This document shows positions 6,936-14,197 of a DNA stretch of 33,704 nt, piece after piece. The stretch covers positions 1-33,704 of the forward strand of contig CAZNYI010000003.1 in assembly GCA_964577245.1 (NCBI GenBank). Reading direction: 5' to 3'. How positions within the stretch are numbered: the first letter of the stretch is position 1; every line of letters starts with the position of its first letter. Both the position numbers and the translations under genes were made by a program. This stretch comes from an uncultured Candidatus Saccharibacteria bacterium. GTDB taxonomy: Bacteria > Patescibacteriota > Minisyncoccia > UBA6257 > 2-01-FULL-56-20. Under the pieces are notes generated by a model, which made no database searches, was not told the DNA's origin, and was given only the letters and a program-made list of their open reading frames with translations.

Positions 6936-7274
6936 CTACTTCCAGCCGCGGCATTCCTTCACGACGTGTGCGAGGGCTCTCAATTCCGCGGCGAGCGCAA
7001 AGTCATCGCTGAGCTCCATCTCGTCCGCTTGGTATTCCAGTGAACGGACGAGGCCTCGCGAGATGTTCATGTCGCCGGTTCGTGCTACTGAGCACAAAAT
7101 GGAGAAGCGGAGCATTTCGGTTTCCTCGGGAGATCTGTCCACTCTCGCGGTCAGACCATCGAGAAAGCTGTCGACTATCCGCCTCGTGGTTTGTGGAAGC
7201 GCCTCGTGCAGGAATTGAAGCAGGTTTTCCTTCTCTTCCTTTGAGAAGTGAACAGGTTTTCTTCGTATCTTCAT
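6936..7274 (-). CDS. hypothetical protein, 112 aa
   Basis: SD GGAGGT (plus 7283-7288) lies 8 nt upstream of ATG 7274. Promoter 7303-7332 and terminator 6871-6910 flank it. GC-rich. Confidence 0.55.
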   Translation of the reverse strand: MKIRRKPVHFSKEEKENLLQFLHEALPQTTRRIVDSFLDGLTARVDRSPEETEMLRFSILCSVARTGDMNISRGLVRSLEYQADEMELSDDFALAAELRALAHVVKECRGWK

Positions 7275-7302
7275 AAGGCCCTACCTCCGCAGAGCTAACT
7301 AC

Positions 7303-7332
7303 TTATTAACAAATAGGCGGGGGTAATGTCAA
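7303..7332 (-). promoter_or_regulatory. sigma70-like promoter
   Basis: On the minus strand: TTGACA (7327-7332), 18-nt spacer, TAATAA (7303-7308), then GT and AGTTAG (7295-7300). Confidence 0.4.
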
Positions 7333-7370
7333 ATACGTTTATCCGCCGTGTCCAGTCCTCCCTACAAATG

Positions 7371-7395
7371 AAAAAGAGGCGGATTGTTCCGCCTC
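7371..7395 (-). terminator. intrinsic terminator for the 7430-7606 ORF
   Basis: Stem GAGGCGG 7376-7382 / CCGCCTC 7389-7395. T5 follows on the minus strand (plus A-run 7371-7375). Confidence 0.7.
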
Positions 7396-7429
7396 CCTGG
7401 CTGACGATTTTGCGGTCGCGCAATGGGGG

Positions 7430-7606
7430 CTATCGGTAGACGGTCATCGACCTTACCTTGACGCTCCGAACTGCGCACTCGGGAACGTCAGCGTTCCGTC
7501 CGGCGGCGATGTGCTCTGCATAGCCCTGGTCAGTGAATAAACTCTCTTCGCCGCTCAACTCCTGTTCGTTGTCGGCGAATACAATTGCATACACAGTCGT
7601 AGACAT
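7430..7606 (-). CDS. small hypothetical protein, 58 aa (below the ORF-track size cut-off)
   Basis: Hand translation gives MSTTVYAIVFADNEQELSGEESLFTDQGYAEHIAAGRNADVPECAVRSVKVRSMTVYR with stop TAG at 7430-7432. SD GGAAGGGA is upstream. A TTGACG-N18-TATAAA promoter lies upstream and a terminator downstream. Confidence 0.4.
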   Translation of the reverse strand: MSTTVYAIVFADNEQELSGEESLFTDQGYAEHIAAGRNADVPECAVRSVKVRSMTVYR

Positions 7607-7689
7607 GAGTTGTTCCCTTCCTGAGTAGGTTTATAGCACGCAGGGATTCGTTGCGTCAACCGCCGCGCAAAAGTGATACTATATAGTAA

Positions 7690-8100
7690 ATGGAAAAAGA
7701 GGTAGTGAAGGTATCGGTTGTGGCGGGCGTCGTCCTTAAGAATGACGGGAAATATCTTCTCGTTCAAGAAAAACAGCCTCGTGCCTATAAGCTCTGGAAT
7801 CTTCCTGCGGGTCGTGTTGACGTTGGCGATACCATAGAACAAACCGCCATCAAAGAAGCAAAAGAAGAATGCGGTTTTGATGTTCGCTTGGGGCGCAAGA
7901 TCGGCATTTTTCAAAACACAGCGACCGAGCCATCGAGGCATATCTTTGAGGCAGAGATTATCGGGGGCACGCTTCAGTTTCCAGACGATGAGCTTCTCGA
8001 CGCGAGGTGGTTCACCATTGAAGAATTAAAAGTCATGGAAGGCGAACTTCGTGGGGGATGGATACTTGAGGCTATCAATGAAGCTTTATCCAAACCATGA
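7690..8100 (+). CDS. Nudix hydrolase
   Basis: Nudix box GRVDVGDTIEQTAIKEAKEECGF. An extended -10 (TGaTACTAT, 7674-7682) lies 7 nt before ATG 7690. Confidence 0.85.
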   Translation: MEKEVVKVSVVAGVVLKNDGKYLLVQEKQPRAYKLWNLPAGRVDVGDTIEQTAIKEAKEECGFDVRLGRKIGIFQNTATEPSRHIFEAEIIGGTLQFPDDELLDARWFTIEELKVMEGELRGGWILEAINEALSKP

Positions 8101-8612
8101 AACTGCTAAAAATACTTAACCCTCAAAACGCGACCGAGGATGAGATTGCAAAATATCCCGTGAGGAATGCGGCGAGGGCGATCTTGTGCGACAAAGAGGG
8201 GAACATAGGTATTTTAAATGTCACGAAGAGAGGCTACCACAAATTACCCGGCGGAGGGATTGAGGAAGGCGAAAACGTTCTTGATGCGCTCAAGCGGGAA
8301 TGCAAAGAAGAGCTCGGCTGTGATGTTGAGGCGCTCGGCGAAGTCGGGCAAATAATTGAATATCGGAAAATTTTCGAGCTCACCCAGAACTCCTTTTGTT
8401 ATTTGGCGAATCTCGTTGGGGAAAAGGGGACGCCTTCCCTTACGCAAGAGGAGGTTGAGAGTGGATTCGTGGTCCAATGGTTCCCCGTAAAAAAAGTGAT
8501 GTCTGTTCTTGCTTCAGATCGGCCGCAAAACGACGAGGGTAGTCTTTATATTGTTCCACGAGACAGAATTTTCCTTGAGGCAGCAAAAGAGCAACTAGAT
8601 AGGCTCTTATAA
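8097..8612 (+). CDS. Nudix hydrolase (second, divergent copy)
   Basis: Nudix box GGGIEEGENVLDALKRECKEELGC. Its ATG overlaps the upstream TGA (ATGA at 8097-8100). Confidence 0.85.
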   Translation: MKLLKILNPQNATEDEIAKYPVRNAARAILCDKEGNIGILNVTKRGYHKLPGGGIEEGENVLDALKRECKEELGCDVEALGEVGQIIEYRKIFELTQNSFCYLANLVGEKGTPSLTQEEVESGFVVQWFPVKKVMSVLASDRPQNDEGSLYIVPRDRIFLEAAKEQLDRLL

Positions 8613-8637
8613 AAAAGACCCCGCAACCATCGCGGGG
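8611..8637 (-). terminator. intrinsic terminator for the 8662-8889 gene
   Basis: Stem CCCCGC 8619-8624 / GCGGGG 8632-8637. A T-run follows on the minus strand (plus A6 at 8611-8616). Confidence 0.6.
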
Positions 8638-8661
8638 CCATCGGAACGGGGGTTGGCGTTG

Positions 8662-8889
8662 CTACCAGCAAGGATCGCCCCCCGGAAGCTCAACGAGGCT
8701 TTCTTCGCGCATGCCTTGCTGCGCTATCCGCTCGCGCGCATCGAGTATCTTGCGGCACTCCGCACAGTTCACGTCTTCCTGGGAAAGGGCGTAAACGTGA
8801 TTGCTCGGCCACTCCTCGGGAGGCTTGCCCTCAAAGAAACCGCACTCCGCCTGATATGTGCGGGTTATAGCGTGAATGCATGATGCCAT
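8662..8889 (-). CDS. hypothetical Cys-containing protein, 75 aa
   Basis: SD AAGGAG (plus 8896-8901) lies 6 nt upstream of ATG 8889. Promoter 8913-8941 and a downstream terminator flank it. GC-rich. Confidence 0.5.
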   Translation of the reverse strand: MASCIHAITRTYQAECGFFEGKPPEEWPSNHVYALSQEDVNCAECRKILDARERIAQQGMREESLVELPGGDPCW

Positions 8890-8912
8890 CTGGAACTCCT
8901 TTCACTAATCAC

Positions 8913-8941
8913 TTTATACGACACTAGGATTAGTAAGTCAA
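8913..8941 (-). promoter_or_regulatory. sigma70-like promoter
   Basis: On the minus strand: TTGACT (8936-8941), 17-nt spacer, TATAAA (8913-8918). Confidence 0.5.
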
Positions 8942-9041
8942 AACCGTTCGAGCATCGTCCAGCTCCGTGCGTTTATGAAAATGAAAGCCCCGCACCACGT
9001 GAAGGTTTGGGGCCTTCGGTGAATGCGGGGTTGTGCTGCGC

Positions 9042-9566
9042 TTACTTTGCGGTTGCTTCCGCGTCGATCTCGGCAAGCGCTGCCGAGAGCTTCTCTTTCT
9101 CGCGGCGGATCTGTCCGTTGAGCCAGCCGCTCAGCGTGAATCCTTTCGGGGGTTTGTAGAGGGTCACGGAGTAACCCCCTACGCTGTGATGATCTTTCAC
9201 GATGTAGCCTTCACGGATTTCCACCGCATAGGCCACCCGGTCCGGCTGGCCGAGACGGAGTAGTGCCTCGCCAACGGTCTCGCCGTCCTCGTATTCGTTG
9301 TCCCAGTTTGCCTCGTTGTGGGTGATGTCGATGGTCTGGCGCACCTCAGCGAGCAATTTCCCGCTGGCACTGAGGAGAAAAATCTTCGCGTCGTCCGCGA
9401 TGTCGACCAGGTTGCCGGTCGCGCCATCGTGGAGAGCCCGCTTCTCCATGAACTCATGGGAGATGCGGCTCACCCTTGTCTCCATGTCCTCTTTCCACTC
9501 GACTGGGAGAATCCACAGCAAACTCTCAAACTCCTGCCGAAACACGTGAATTCCAAAGCGATTCAT
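9042..9566 (-). CDS. hypothetical protein, 174 aa
   Basis: SD GGAAGGAGAG (plus 9571-9580) is upstream of ATG 9566. A hairpin lies downstream near 8985-9030. GC-rich, no recognisable domain. Confidence 0.55.
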   Translation of the reverse strand: MNRFGIHVFRQEFESLLWILPVEWKEDMETRVSRISHEFMEKRALHDGATGNLVDIADDAKIFLLSASGKLLAEVRQTIDITHNEANWDNEYEDGETVGEALLRLGQPDRVAYAVEIREGYIVKDHHSVGGYSVTLYKPPKGFTLSGWLNGQIRREKEKLSAALAEIDAEATAK

Positions 9567-9713
9567 AGGTCTCTCCTTCCGCTTCTCGCGGATGTCTATG
9601 GAGCCAGCATCTCGCTATCGGCTCCGGAGTGATGATATGAGGCGTTATTGCTTCTCGTGCCATATCGCACGCTTTCCGGATGGGGAAAGGAACGATGCCA
9701 AAATACTAACTAT

Positions 9714-9741
9714 ATTGTAGCATATTCATAAATCCTGTCAA
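9714..9741 (-). promoter_or_regulatory. sigma70-like promoter giving a roughly 140-nt leader
   Basis: On the minus strand: TTGACA (9736-9741), 16-nt spacer, TACAAT (9714-9719), then AT and AGTTAG (9706-9711). Confidence 0.5.
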
Positions 9742-9760
9742 GCTCCAGTAAAACAGCAAC

Positions 9761-9793
9761 AAAAAAGAAGGGTGGTCAGCCCCTTCTTGTTTT
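9761..9793. terminator. bidirectional-looking intrinsic terminator (serves the REC gene)
   Basis: Stem AAGAAGGG 9765-9772 / CCCTTCTT 9781-9788, with an A-run before and a T-run after. Confidence 0.75.
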
Positions 9794-9818
9794 ACGACCG
9801 TTGCTGCGCCCGCTGCGC

Positions 9819-10205
9819 CTACTGGAGGAACTGAGCGATCTTTTCCCCCATGGTGTCGTCGTCTTTGTACTTGGCGAACACCATGTTCGCCCCGGCCTGC
9901 CGCGCAGCTTCAAGGTAGCCCTTGGCTTTGGACCATGCCACAATGACAATGTTGGGGCAGAGCACTCTGATCGAGCGGATCAGATTGACGCCCGCTTCCG
10001 GATAGCCGCCATCCTGGAACATCAAGTTGGTTACGATGACGCGCGGGAGCCGCCCTTCGGTCTTGTCCATTCTCAAGCGGGCGAGAACCAGGCCCGGCGT
10101 TGATAGCGTGTCGGGGTCCACTTCGAACTGGTCTCCTAAGAGCCGCTGGGCGCGCCGAGCGCCGATAGTTGTATCTTCGGCTAACAACAGTTTAATCCTT
10201 TCCAT
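9819..10205 (-). CDS. stand-alone CheY-like receiver (REC) domain protein, atypical
   Basis: KLLLAEDT matches the acidic pocket, VIVTNLMFQDGG matches VISDWNMPNMDG, and MVFAKY carries the conserved Lys. Asn60 sits where the phospho-acceptor Asp is expected. Alignment to CheY is by eye. Confidence 0.65.
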   Translation of the reverse strand: MERIKLLLAEDTTIGARRAQRLLGDQFEVDPDTLSTPGLVLARLRMDKTEGRLPRVIVTNLMFQDGGYPEAGVNLIRSIRVLCPNIVIVAWSKAKGYLEAARQAGANMVFAKYKDDDTMGEKIAQFLQ

Positions 10206-10227
10206 TACTGCCCCCTAACTAATCGGG

Positions 10228-10256
10228 ATTATATGAATATGACACTAGAAAGTCAA
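10228..10256 (-). promoter_or_regulatory. sigma70-like promoter
   Basis: On the minus strand: TTGACT (10251-10256), 17-nt spacer, TATAAT (10228-10233). Confidence 0.55.
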
Positions 10257-10385
10257 TTCCACTTGCATTTTCCCTAGCTCGCGTATAAAATATATCTGTG
10301 GTGTTCGTGAGGGCTTTGGCTCTCCCGCGGTTCAATAAAGGAATTCCTTTAAACCGCAGACGATCGCCACGTTTAAGGACCGAAG

Positions 10386-10865
10386 CTACTGCGTCTCCAT
10401 GTCCCCGTCATGGAGAATTTTTTTTGGCGCTCCATTCACCATCTTGGTTTTCCAATGAGGGTAAATGCTCCAAAAAAATTTATTGCCGCCTTTGATTTGT
10501 TTGACTACTATTTTCACTCGCACCTCGTCTACGATGGCAACGAACCCAAAATAATTGACACGGACCATCCTGTTTTCCCAGCGCGAATTAATTTTCTGGC
10601 GTTCAAAATGACTTTGCTCTCTGAATTCTTGCAGGGTGTGACTGGCATGAATTATAACGGGCGCGAGATATAATAACTTTAGTCGTCGATATTGGTCTTC
10701 TATCAACCTCGTTTTATTCCAATCCTTAAACTTTATATGATCAAGACCCTTTGTGTTGAAAGCTACCACCTCTTTAAAATAAGGACAGCTAACTTCACCT
10801 ATTTTTTTATATAATTCTTCCGCCTGATCTTTCACCCTTTGCAATTCCTCGGGAGTTATCACCAT
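10386..10865 (-). CDS. hypothetical protein, 159 aa
   Basis: AT-rich ORF with ordinary amino-acid composition. TATAAT (plus 10877-10882) lies 11 nt upstream of ATG 10865, with no SD. Confidence 0.6.
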   Translation of the reverse strand: MVITPEELQRVKDQAEELYKKIGEVSCPYFKEVVAFNTKGLDHIKFKDWNKTRLIEDQYRRLKLLYLAPVIIHASHTLQEFREQSHFERQKINSRWENRMVRVNYFGFVAIVDEVRVKIVVKQIKGGNKFFWSIYPHWKTKMVNGAPKKILHDGDMETQ

Positions 10866-10953
10866 TTTATTACCGAATTATAATTGTCCAATTCCAATGC
10901 GCAAGCTTCCTTTAATGATTTTTTAATCTTTCATTTTTTGCCTCACTCAAAAA

Positions 10954-10982
10954 TTGACACCTCCTTCCGTGCGAGCTACTCT
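10954..10982 (+). promoter_or_regulatory. sigma70-like promoter
   Basis: TTGACA 10954-10959, 17-nt spacer, TACTCT 10977-10982. Confidence 0.45.
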
Positions 10983-11000
10983 TTTCGTAGCGGAGGCCAC

Positions 11001-11426
11001 ATGTTGACTATCAATAGCATCATCCGAAGCATGCGCTTAACCGAGCAGTCTGGAAGAGGCAGAGACACGGGAGGCGTTCTTCGTCGTAAGCCGCTCCCGC
11101 CCGCCAAGCAGCACCCGCAGCGGAAGTCCCGTGCCCTTGCACGTTTCAAGCCGGGGCTTTCGATTGAGCTCGGGTGTTACAAAAAGGGATGCGGCGCGGT
11201 CCGCATTCCTGTGACCCTCGGAGAAGACGAAACAAAGCTTCTCCATCCCACCTTCCACGGCCCCGACGAAATTCGATGGAAGCCGGGGACGCCCGTCAAG
11301 GCGTTTCTCCTCGCAAAGCGGGTCCACTGCCCGCACTGCACGACGCTGTTCGAGAGTGCGATCATCGTTTCGAACGGCTGGGGCCGGCGGCCGACCATCT
11401 TCGGGTATGAGCCCGAGCCCATATAG
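11001..11426 (+). CDS. hypothetical protein, 141 aa (trimmed from tracked ORF 10884-11426)
   Basis: GGAGG 10992-10996 precedes ATG 11001. A terminator follows at 11449-11480. The C-terminal half is protein-like and includes CPHC. Confidence 0.45.
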   Translation: MLTINSIIRSMRLTEQSGRGRDTGGVLRRKPLPPAKQHPQRKSRALARFKPGLSIELGCYKKGCGAVRIPVTLGEDETKLLHPTFHGPDEIRWKPGTPVKAFLLAKRVHCPHCTTLFESAIIVSNGWGRRPTIFGYEPEPI

Positions 11427-11448
11427 AATCAAGATCGGAAGCCAGTTC

Positions 11449-11480
11449 GGGAGTTGCTTGAAAAAGCACTCCCTTTTTTT
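11449..11480 (+). terminator. intrinsic terminator
   Basis: Stem 11449-11457 / 11466-11473 (one bulge), followed by T7 at 11474-11480. Confidence 0.8.
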
Positions 11481-11483
11481 GTA

Positions 11484-11512
11484 TTGATTTTCATATAAAT
11501 ACGTCATAGTAT
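11484..11512 (+). promoter_or_regulatory. sigma70-like promoter
   Basis: TTGATT 11484-11489, 17-nt spacer, TAGTAT 11507-11512. Confidence 0.45.
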
Positions 11513-11549
11513 GTGCATAGCCATCGAGGCAGATCGTTAGGAGGTGTTT

Positions 11550-11942
11550 ATGGTCATTAGACAGATTGCTCCGGGCGTTACGGTAATTGAAGAGGGCGAG
11601 ATCGGAGTGGAGATTTCCATTCCGCATCCCGACCCGTGCTGGGTCGTTGAGATGCGAGACGGCAGGGTGATCGGGAGCCGCGAATCGCTTCTGGTTTTTT
11701 CGAGCGACGAAAAAGCAGCCGCCTTCATCACTACTGCATCGGCTAAGAAAGCTCTGAACGACGATTGCGTTCCTCGGCAGTATCCATGGAACGAAGTCGT
11801 CGATCAGTTCGCTGGCCAGTTCGAAGCGGCTACGCTCGACCATCGCGGCGTGGCAGGCTGTTACCGGTCCATCCCACTGCAGAAGGAACTGAGCTGGGGA
11901 GGCGGCAGTGACCAAGCGAAATCGGCCGGCCCATCGCAATAA
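11550..11942 (+). CDS. hypothetical protein, 130 aa
   Basis: AGGAGG 11539-11544 lies 5 nt upstream of ATG 11550. The tracked start, GTG 11544, lies inside the SD. Confidence 0.55.
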   Translation: MVIRQIAPGVTVIEEGEIGVEISIPHPDPCWVVEMRDGRVIGSRESLLVFSSDEKAAAFITTASAKKALNDDCVPRQYPWNEVVDQFAGQFEAATLDHRGVAGCYRSIPLQKELSWGGGSDQAKSAGPSQ

Positions 11943-12051
11943 GAGTGAGACGAACGCAGCCCGCGCCAAACGTGTGGGCGAGCGTGAGTACGAAGCGGCA
12001 GTGGAGGCCGGTTTAAGCAAGAAGGCCGCCAGAAAGTTGAGGAAGGCCTAG
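11908..12051 (+). CDS. possible small basic protein, 47 aa, overlapping the upstream gene's end
   Basis: GGGGAGG 11896-11902 lies 5 nt upstream of GTG 11908. Hand translation gives MTKRNRPAHRNKSETNAARAKRVGEREYEAAVEAGLSKKAARKLRKA with stop at 12049-12051. A T-rich tract follows. Confidence 0.25.
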   Translation: MTKRNRPAHRNKSETNAARAKRVGEREYEAAVEAGLSKKAARKLRKA

Positions 12052-12098
12052 TCGGCAAGATCAGTGGTGGGCGTCAGTTCGAAAGAACGGCGCCTCTT

Positions 12099-12311
12099 TT
12101 ATTTTTCAAATTCCGATTTCGGCAATTTTGACTGCTTGATTATTTGATGCAGGGTCCCCATTGGTATGGATCTATTGCTATGCACCGGTACTATGACAAT
12201 ATTCCCGGATTGTATGTGCCGATATATCTGATGACTGCCGTTTTGGCGGACAAGGAAAAACCAGTTGCGGCGCAGAATTGCCGCAACCTCCTTGGCGGTA
12301 TGTGGACGCAT
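12099..12311 (-). CDS. hicA: HicA family mRNA interferase toxin
   Basis: AKEVAAILRRNWFFLVRQNGSHQIYRH matches the HicA signature. 70 aa. The start lies 1 nt after the hicB-like stop. Confidence 0.75.
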   Translation of the reverse strand: MRPHTAKEVAAILRRNWFFLVRQNGSHQIYRHIQSGNIVIVPVHSNRSIPMGTLHQIIKQSKLPKSEFEK

Positions 12312-12312
12312 G

Positions 12313-12588
12313 CTATTTTTTTGCGACCGTAATTGTTATCTTCGCAACGCCGGTATCGGCGGATGGAATTTTCTTTTTCCGGTGCAACAATTCTTCGATC
12401 CACAACGTAAGCGCTTCTTTCGCCATGCGCTTTGCATGGGAGAGATTGTTCCCGAAGGTTACGCATCCAGGGAGGGCAGGGAATGAAACATTGAATCCGC
12501 CTTCTTTGGCGGGATCAAGCACGGCCACGTAGTTGTATACGGTTTCGCGGGGCATTTTTTTATTTTTGTTGACCTTTTTCTTCCCCAT
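12313..12588 (-). CDS. hicB: HicB family antitoxin
   Basis: YVAVLDPAKEGGFNVSFPALPGCVTFGNNLSHAKRMAKEALTLWIEEL matches the HicB/UPF0150 signature. TACTAT (plus 12597-12602) lies 8 nt upstream of ATG 12588. Confidence 0.7.
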   Translation of the reverse strand: MGKKKVNKNKKMPRETVYNYVAVLDPAKEGGFNVSFPALPGCVTFGNNLSHAKRMAKEALTLWIEELLHRKKKIPSADTGVAKITITVAKK

Positions 12589-12639
12589 GATAACAAATAG
12601 TACATTAAAACTATCTTAAACACTACGCGGTAGAAAAAC

Positions 12640-12669
12640 TTGACAAAAAACGCAGAACGGTGTTATAAT
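12640..12669 (+). promoter_or_regulatory. sigma70-like promoter
   Basis: TTGACA 12640-12645, 18-nt spacer, TATAAT 12664-12669. Confidence 0.55.
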
Positions 12670-12708
12670 TAACCCGTTCGTTGAGAACTGAATATTTGAG
12701 AGGATGCC

Positions 12709-13386
12709 ATGAAAAACATCTATTTTGCTCTGCTGATTTCGCTGGGTCTCGCTCTCACGAGCTTTGCCCAGGATACTGCAATCACCACCGACAACGACCC
12801 AGCGACCACGATCGTTCTGGCTCGTACTGGCGTGCGTACCGACGCACCGCATGTGGGAACGTACCACATGGTTGAAGCGTTTCAGGTGCGCGGCAAGTGG
12901 ATCGTTCCCGACGTGTGCTACATCGACTACGGTACCGGGAATTATCACGAGTTGTGCATCGGCGCCGGCAGGACGTTCTATGACGGCAAGCGGGCGATGG
13001 TAGCAAGCGAGTTGTACTTCGCTCAGGCCACCGGCCCCGCCGCCAAAAGCGCCAGATACCTCTGGCCGTGGACAATCGTCCAGTTTCACTTCACCAAAAA
13101 GTGGAACAGTGAGGCCGTCTACTTTCCGTATCTGCCCTTGAACTCGTCCGCTCGGATCCAACATGTCATTGAGCGGGCGAAAGTAGAATACACCATCAAC
13201 AAGACATTCAAGGTTGGTGGCGGCTACGCGGGATACAGGTACGGCGACGACACGTGGCAGAGCAAGCCGATGCTCACTACGACGATTTCGACAAAGCGAA
13301 CGGGTGCGTTTGAGTTCTGGCTGCAAAAGATGCCAGGCGGCGGGCAAATCCAGTTTCGCTACGTACTGGCGTACGCCAAAAAGTAA
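12709..13386 (+). CDS. secreted hypothetical protein, 225 aa, aromatic-rich and possibly beta-rich
   Basis: N-terminal signal peptide MKNIYFALLISLGLALTSFAQD. SD GAGAGGA is upstream. A terminator follows at 13449-13489. GC-rich. Confidence 0.6.
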   Translation: MKNIYFALLISLGLALTSFAQDTAITTDNDPATTIVLARTGVRTDAPHVGTYHMVEAFQVRGKWIVPDVCYIDYGTGNYHELCIGAGRTFYDGKRAMVASELYFAQATGPAAKSARYLWPWTIVQFHFTKKWNSEAVYFPYLPLNSSARIQHVIERAKVEYTINKTFKVGGGYAGYRYGDDTWQSKPMLTTTISTKRTGAFEFWLQKMPGGGQIQFRYVLAYAKK

Positions 13387-13448
13387 TTCGCGCGCATTCT
13401 CTCGCATCAGATTTCCCATGGATCGGGGGGGGGCAACCGATCCGCAAT

Positions 13449-13489
13449 GAGCCCACTACCTACACGACGGAGTGGGCTCGATCATTTTT
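13449..13489 (+). terminator. intrinsic terminator
   Basis: Stem GAGCCCACT 13449-13457 / AGTGGGCTC 13471-13479, followed by a T-run at 13485-13489. Confidence 0.65.
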
Positions 13490-13528
13490 ATATTTCCATT
13501 TCCACATTAAAAAATTATTAAAAAACTT

Positions 13529-13556
13529 TTGACTAAGTGGAAATTTTCTCTACACT
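13529..13556 (+). promoter_or_regulatory. promoter placed for a leaderless transcript
   Basis: TTGACT 13529-13534, 16-nt spacer, TACACT 13551-13556, then 6 nt to ATG 13563. Confidence 0.45.
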
Positions 13557-13562
13557 TGAAGC

Positions 13563-14033
13563 ATGGCTCTCACGGATTTTCTCTATTCAATAATTATCTT
13601 CCTGCTCGGCGGGTTGGGTTATTTTGCTAAGCGAACCTATGATGACGTGGGCGTGCTTAAGATTGACGTCGCCGACATGAAGCCAAAAGTATCCATCATG
13701 TGGGAATTATTGCGTGAGCGGGCATTCTCGCTTTCTTCATCGCCGACTGTTTTAAATGAGAAAGGAAAACAGTTACTTTATGAGGGCGGTGTAAAAGAAA
13801 TAGTTGATGCCAACGTGGGACGTCTTATGCGAGCATTGGCTGATCTCGGCCCACAAAACGCTTATCAGGTTCAAGAAGGTTCTCATAAAGCAATGAGGAC
13901 TATTTTGGATGATACTGTTTTTGTTGCACGGCTGGAGAAAATAGCTTTTAAGAACGGGGTTAACGTTGACGCCCTTCTTTTCGTCGGGGCGATTTATCTT
14001 AGGGATTTAGCGCTGTCGAAATGTGAAATGTAA
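13563..14033 (+). CDS. hypothetical membrane-anchored protein, 156 aa
   Basis: N-terminal hydrophobic helix FLYSIIIFLLGGLGYF. AT-rich ORF with a leaderless-type promoter. Confidence 0.6.
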   Translation: MALTDFLYSIIIFLLGGLGYFAKRTYDDVGVLKIDVADMKPKVSIMWELLRERAFSLSSSPTVLNEKGKQLLYEGGVKEIVDANVGRLMRALADLGPQNAYQVQEGSHKAMRTILDDTVFVARLEKIAFKNGVNVDALLFVGAIYLRDLALSKCEM

Positions 14034-14036
14034 AAA

Positions 14037-14075
14037 GCGGGAGGGGACGGTGTTGATGCCGTCGGTCCCTCCCGC
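14037..14075. terminator. GC-rich hairpin, terminator-like
   Basis: GCGGGAGGG 14037-14045 pairs with CCCTCCCGC 14067-14075, with further imperfect pairing inside. An A-run on the plus side (14032-14036) gives a T-run on the minus strand. Confidence 0.5.
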
Positions 14076-14197
14076 TGTCCGGTTCGCGACCGCGCTCGCG
14101 AAGCGGAGTATGCCGCCCTGATTGGGCGTATGAAGCTTATCAACAACCCGAACCCGTTCCGATCCGGGAAGCTTGATGCGGCCAATCTTCCGCGGCG

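Noticed and set aside
7555-7941. 128-aa minus-strand ORF antisense to the first Nudix gene
   Set aside because: It overlaps a gene with a clear Nudix box and has implausible composition. The real small minus-strand ORF ends at 7606 in another frame.
11037-12020. 327-aa minus-strand ORF
   Set aside because: It would run through a strong plus-strand terminator (11449-11480) and through two SD-led plus-strand ORFs. The sequence is Arg/Ala/Leu-rich with no start signals.
12616-13419. 267-aa minus-strand ORF covering the secreted-protein gene
   Set aside because: It is an antisense shadow of a GC-rich gene. The plus-strand ORF has promoter, SD, signal peptide and terminator.
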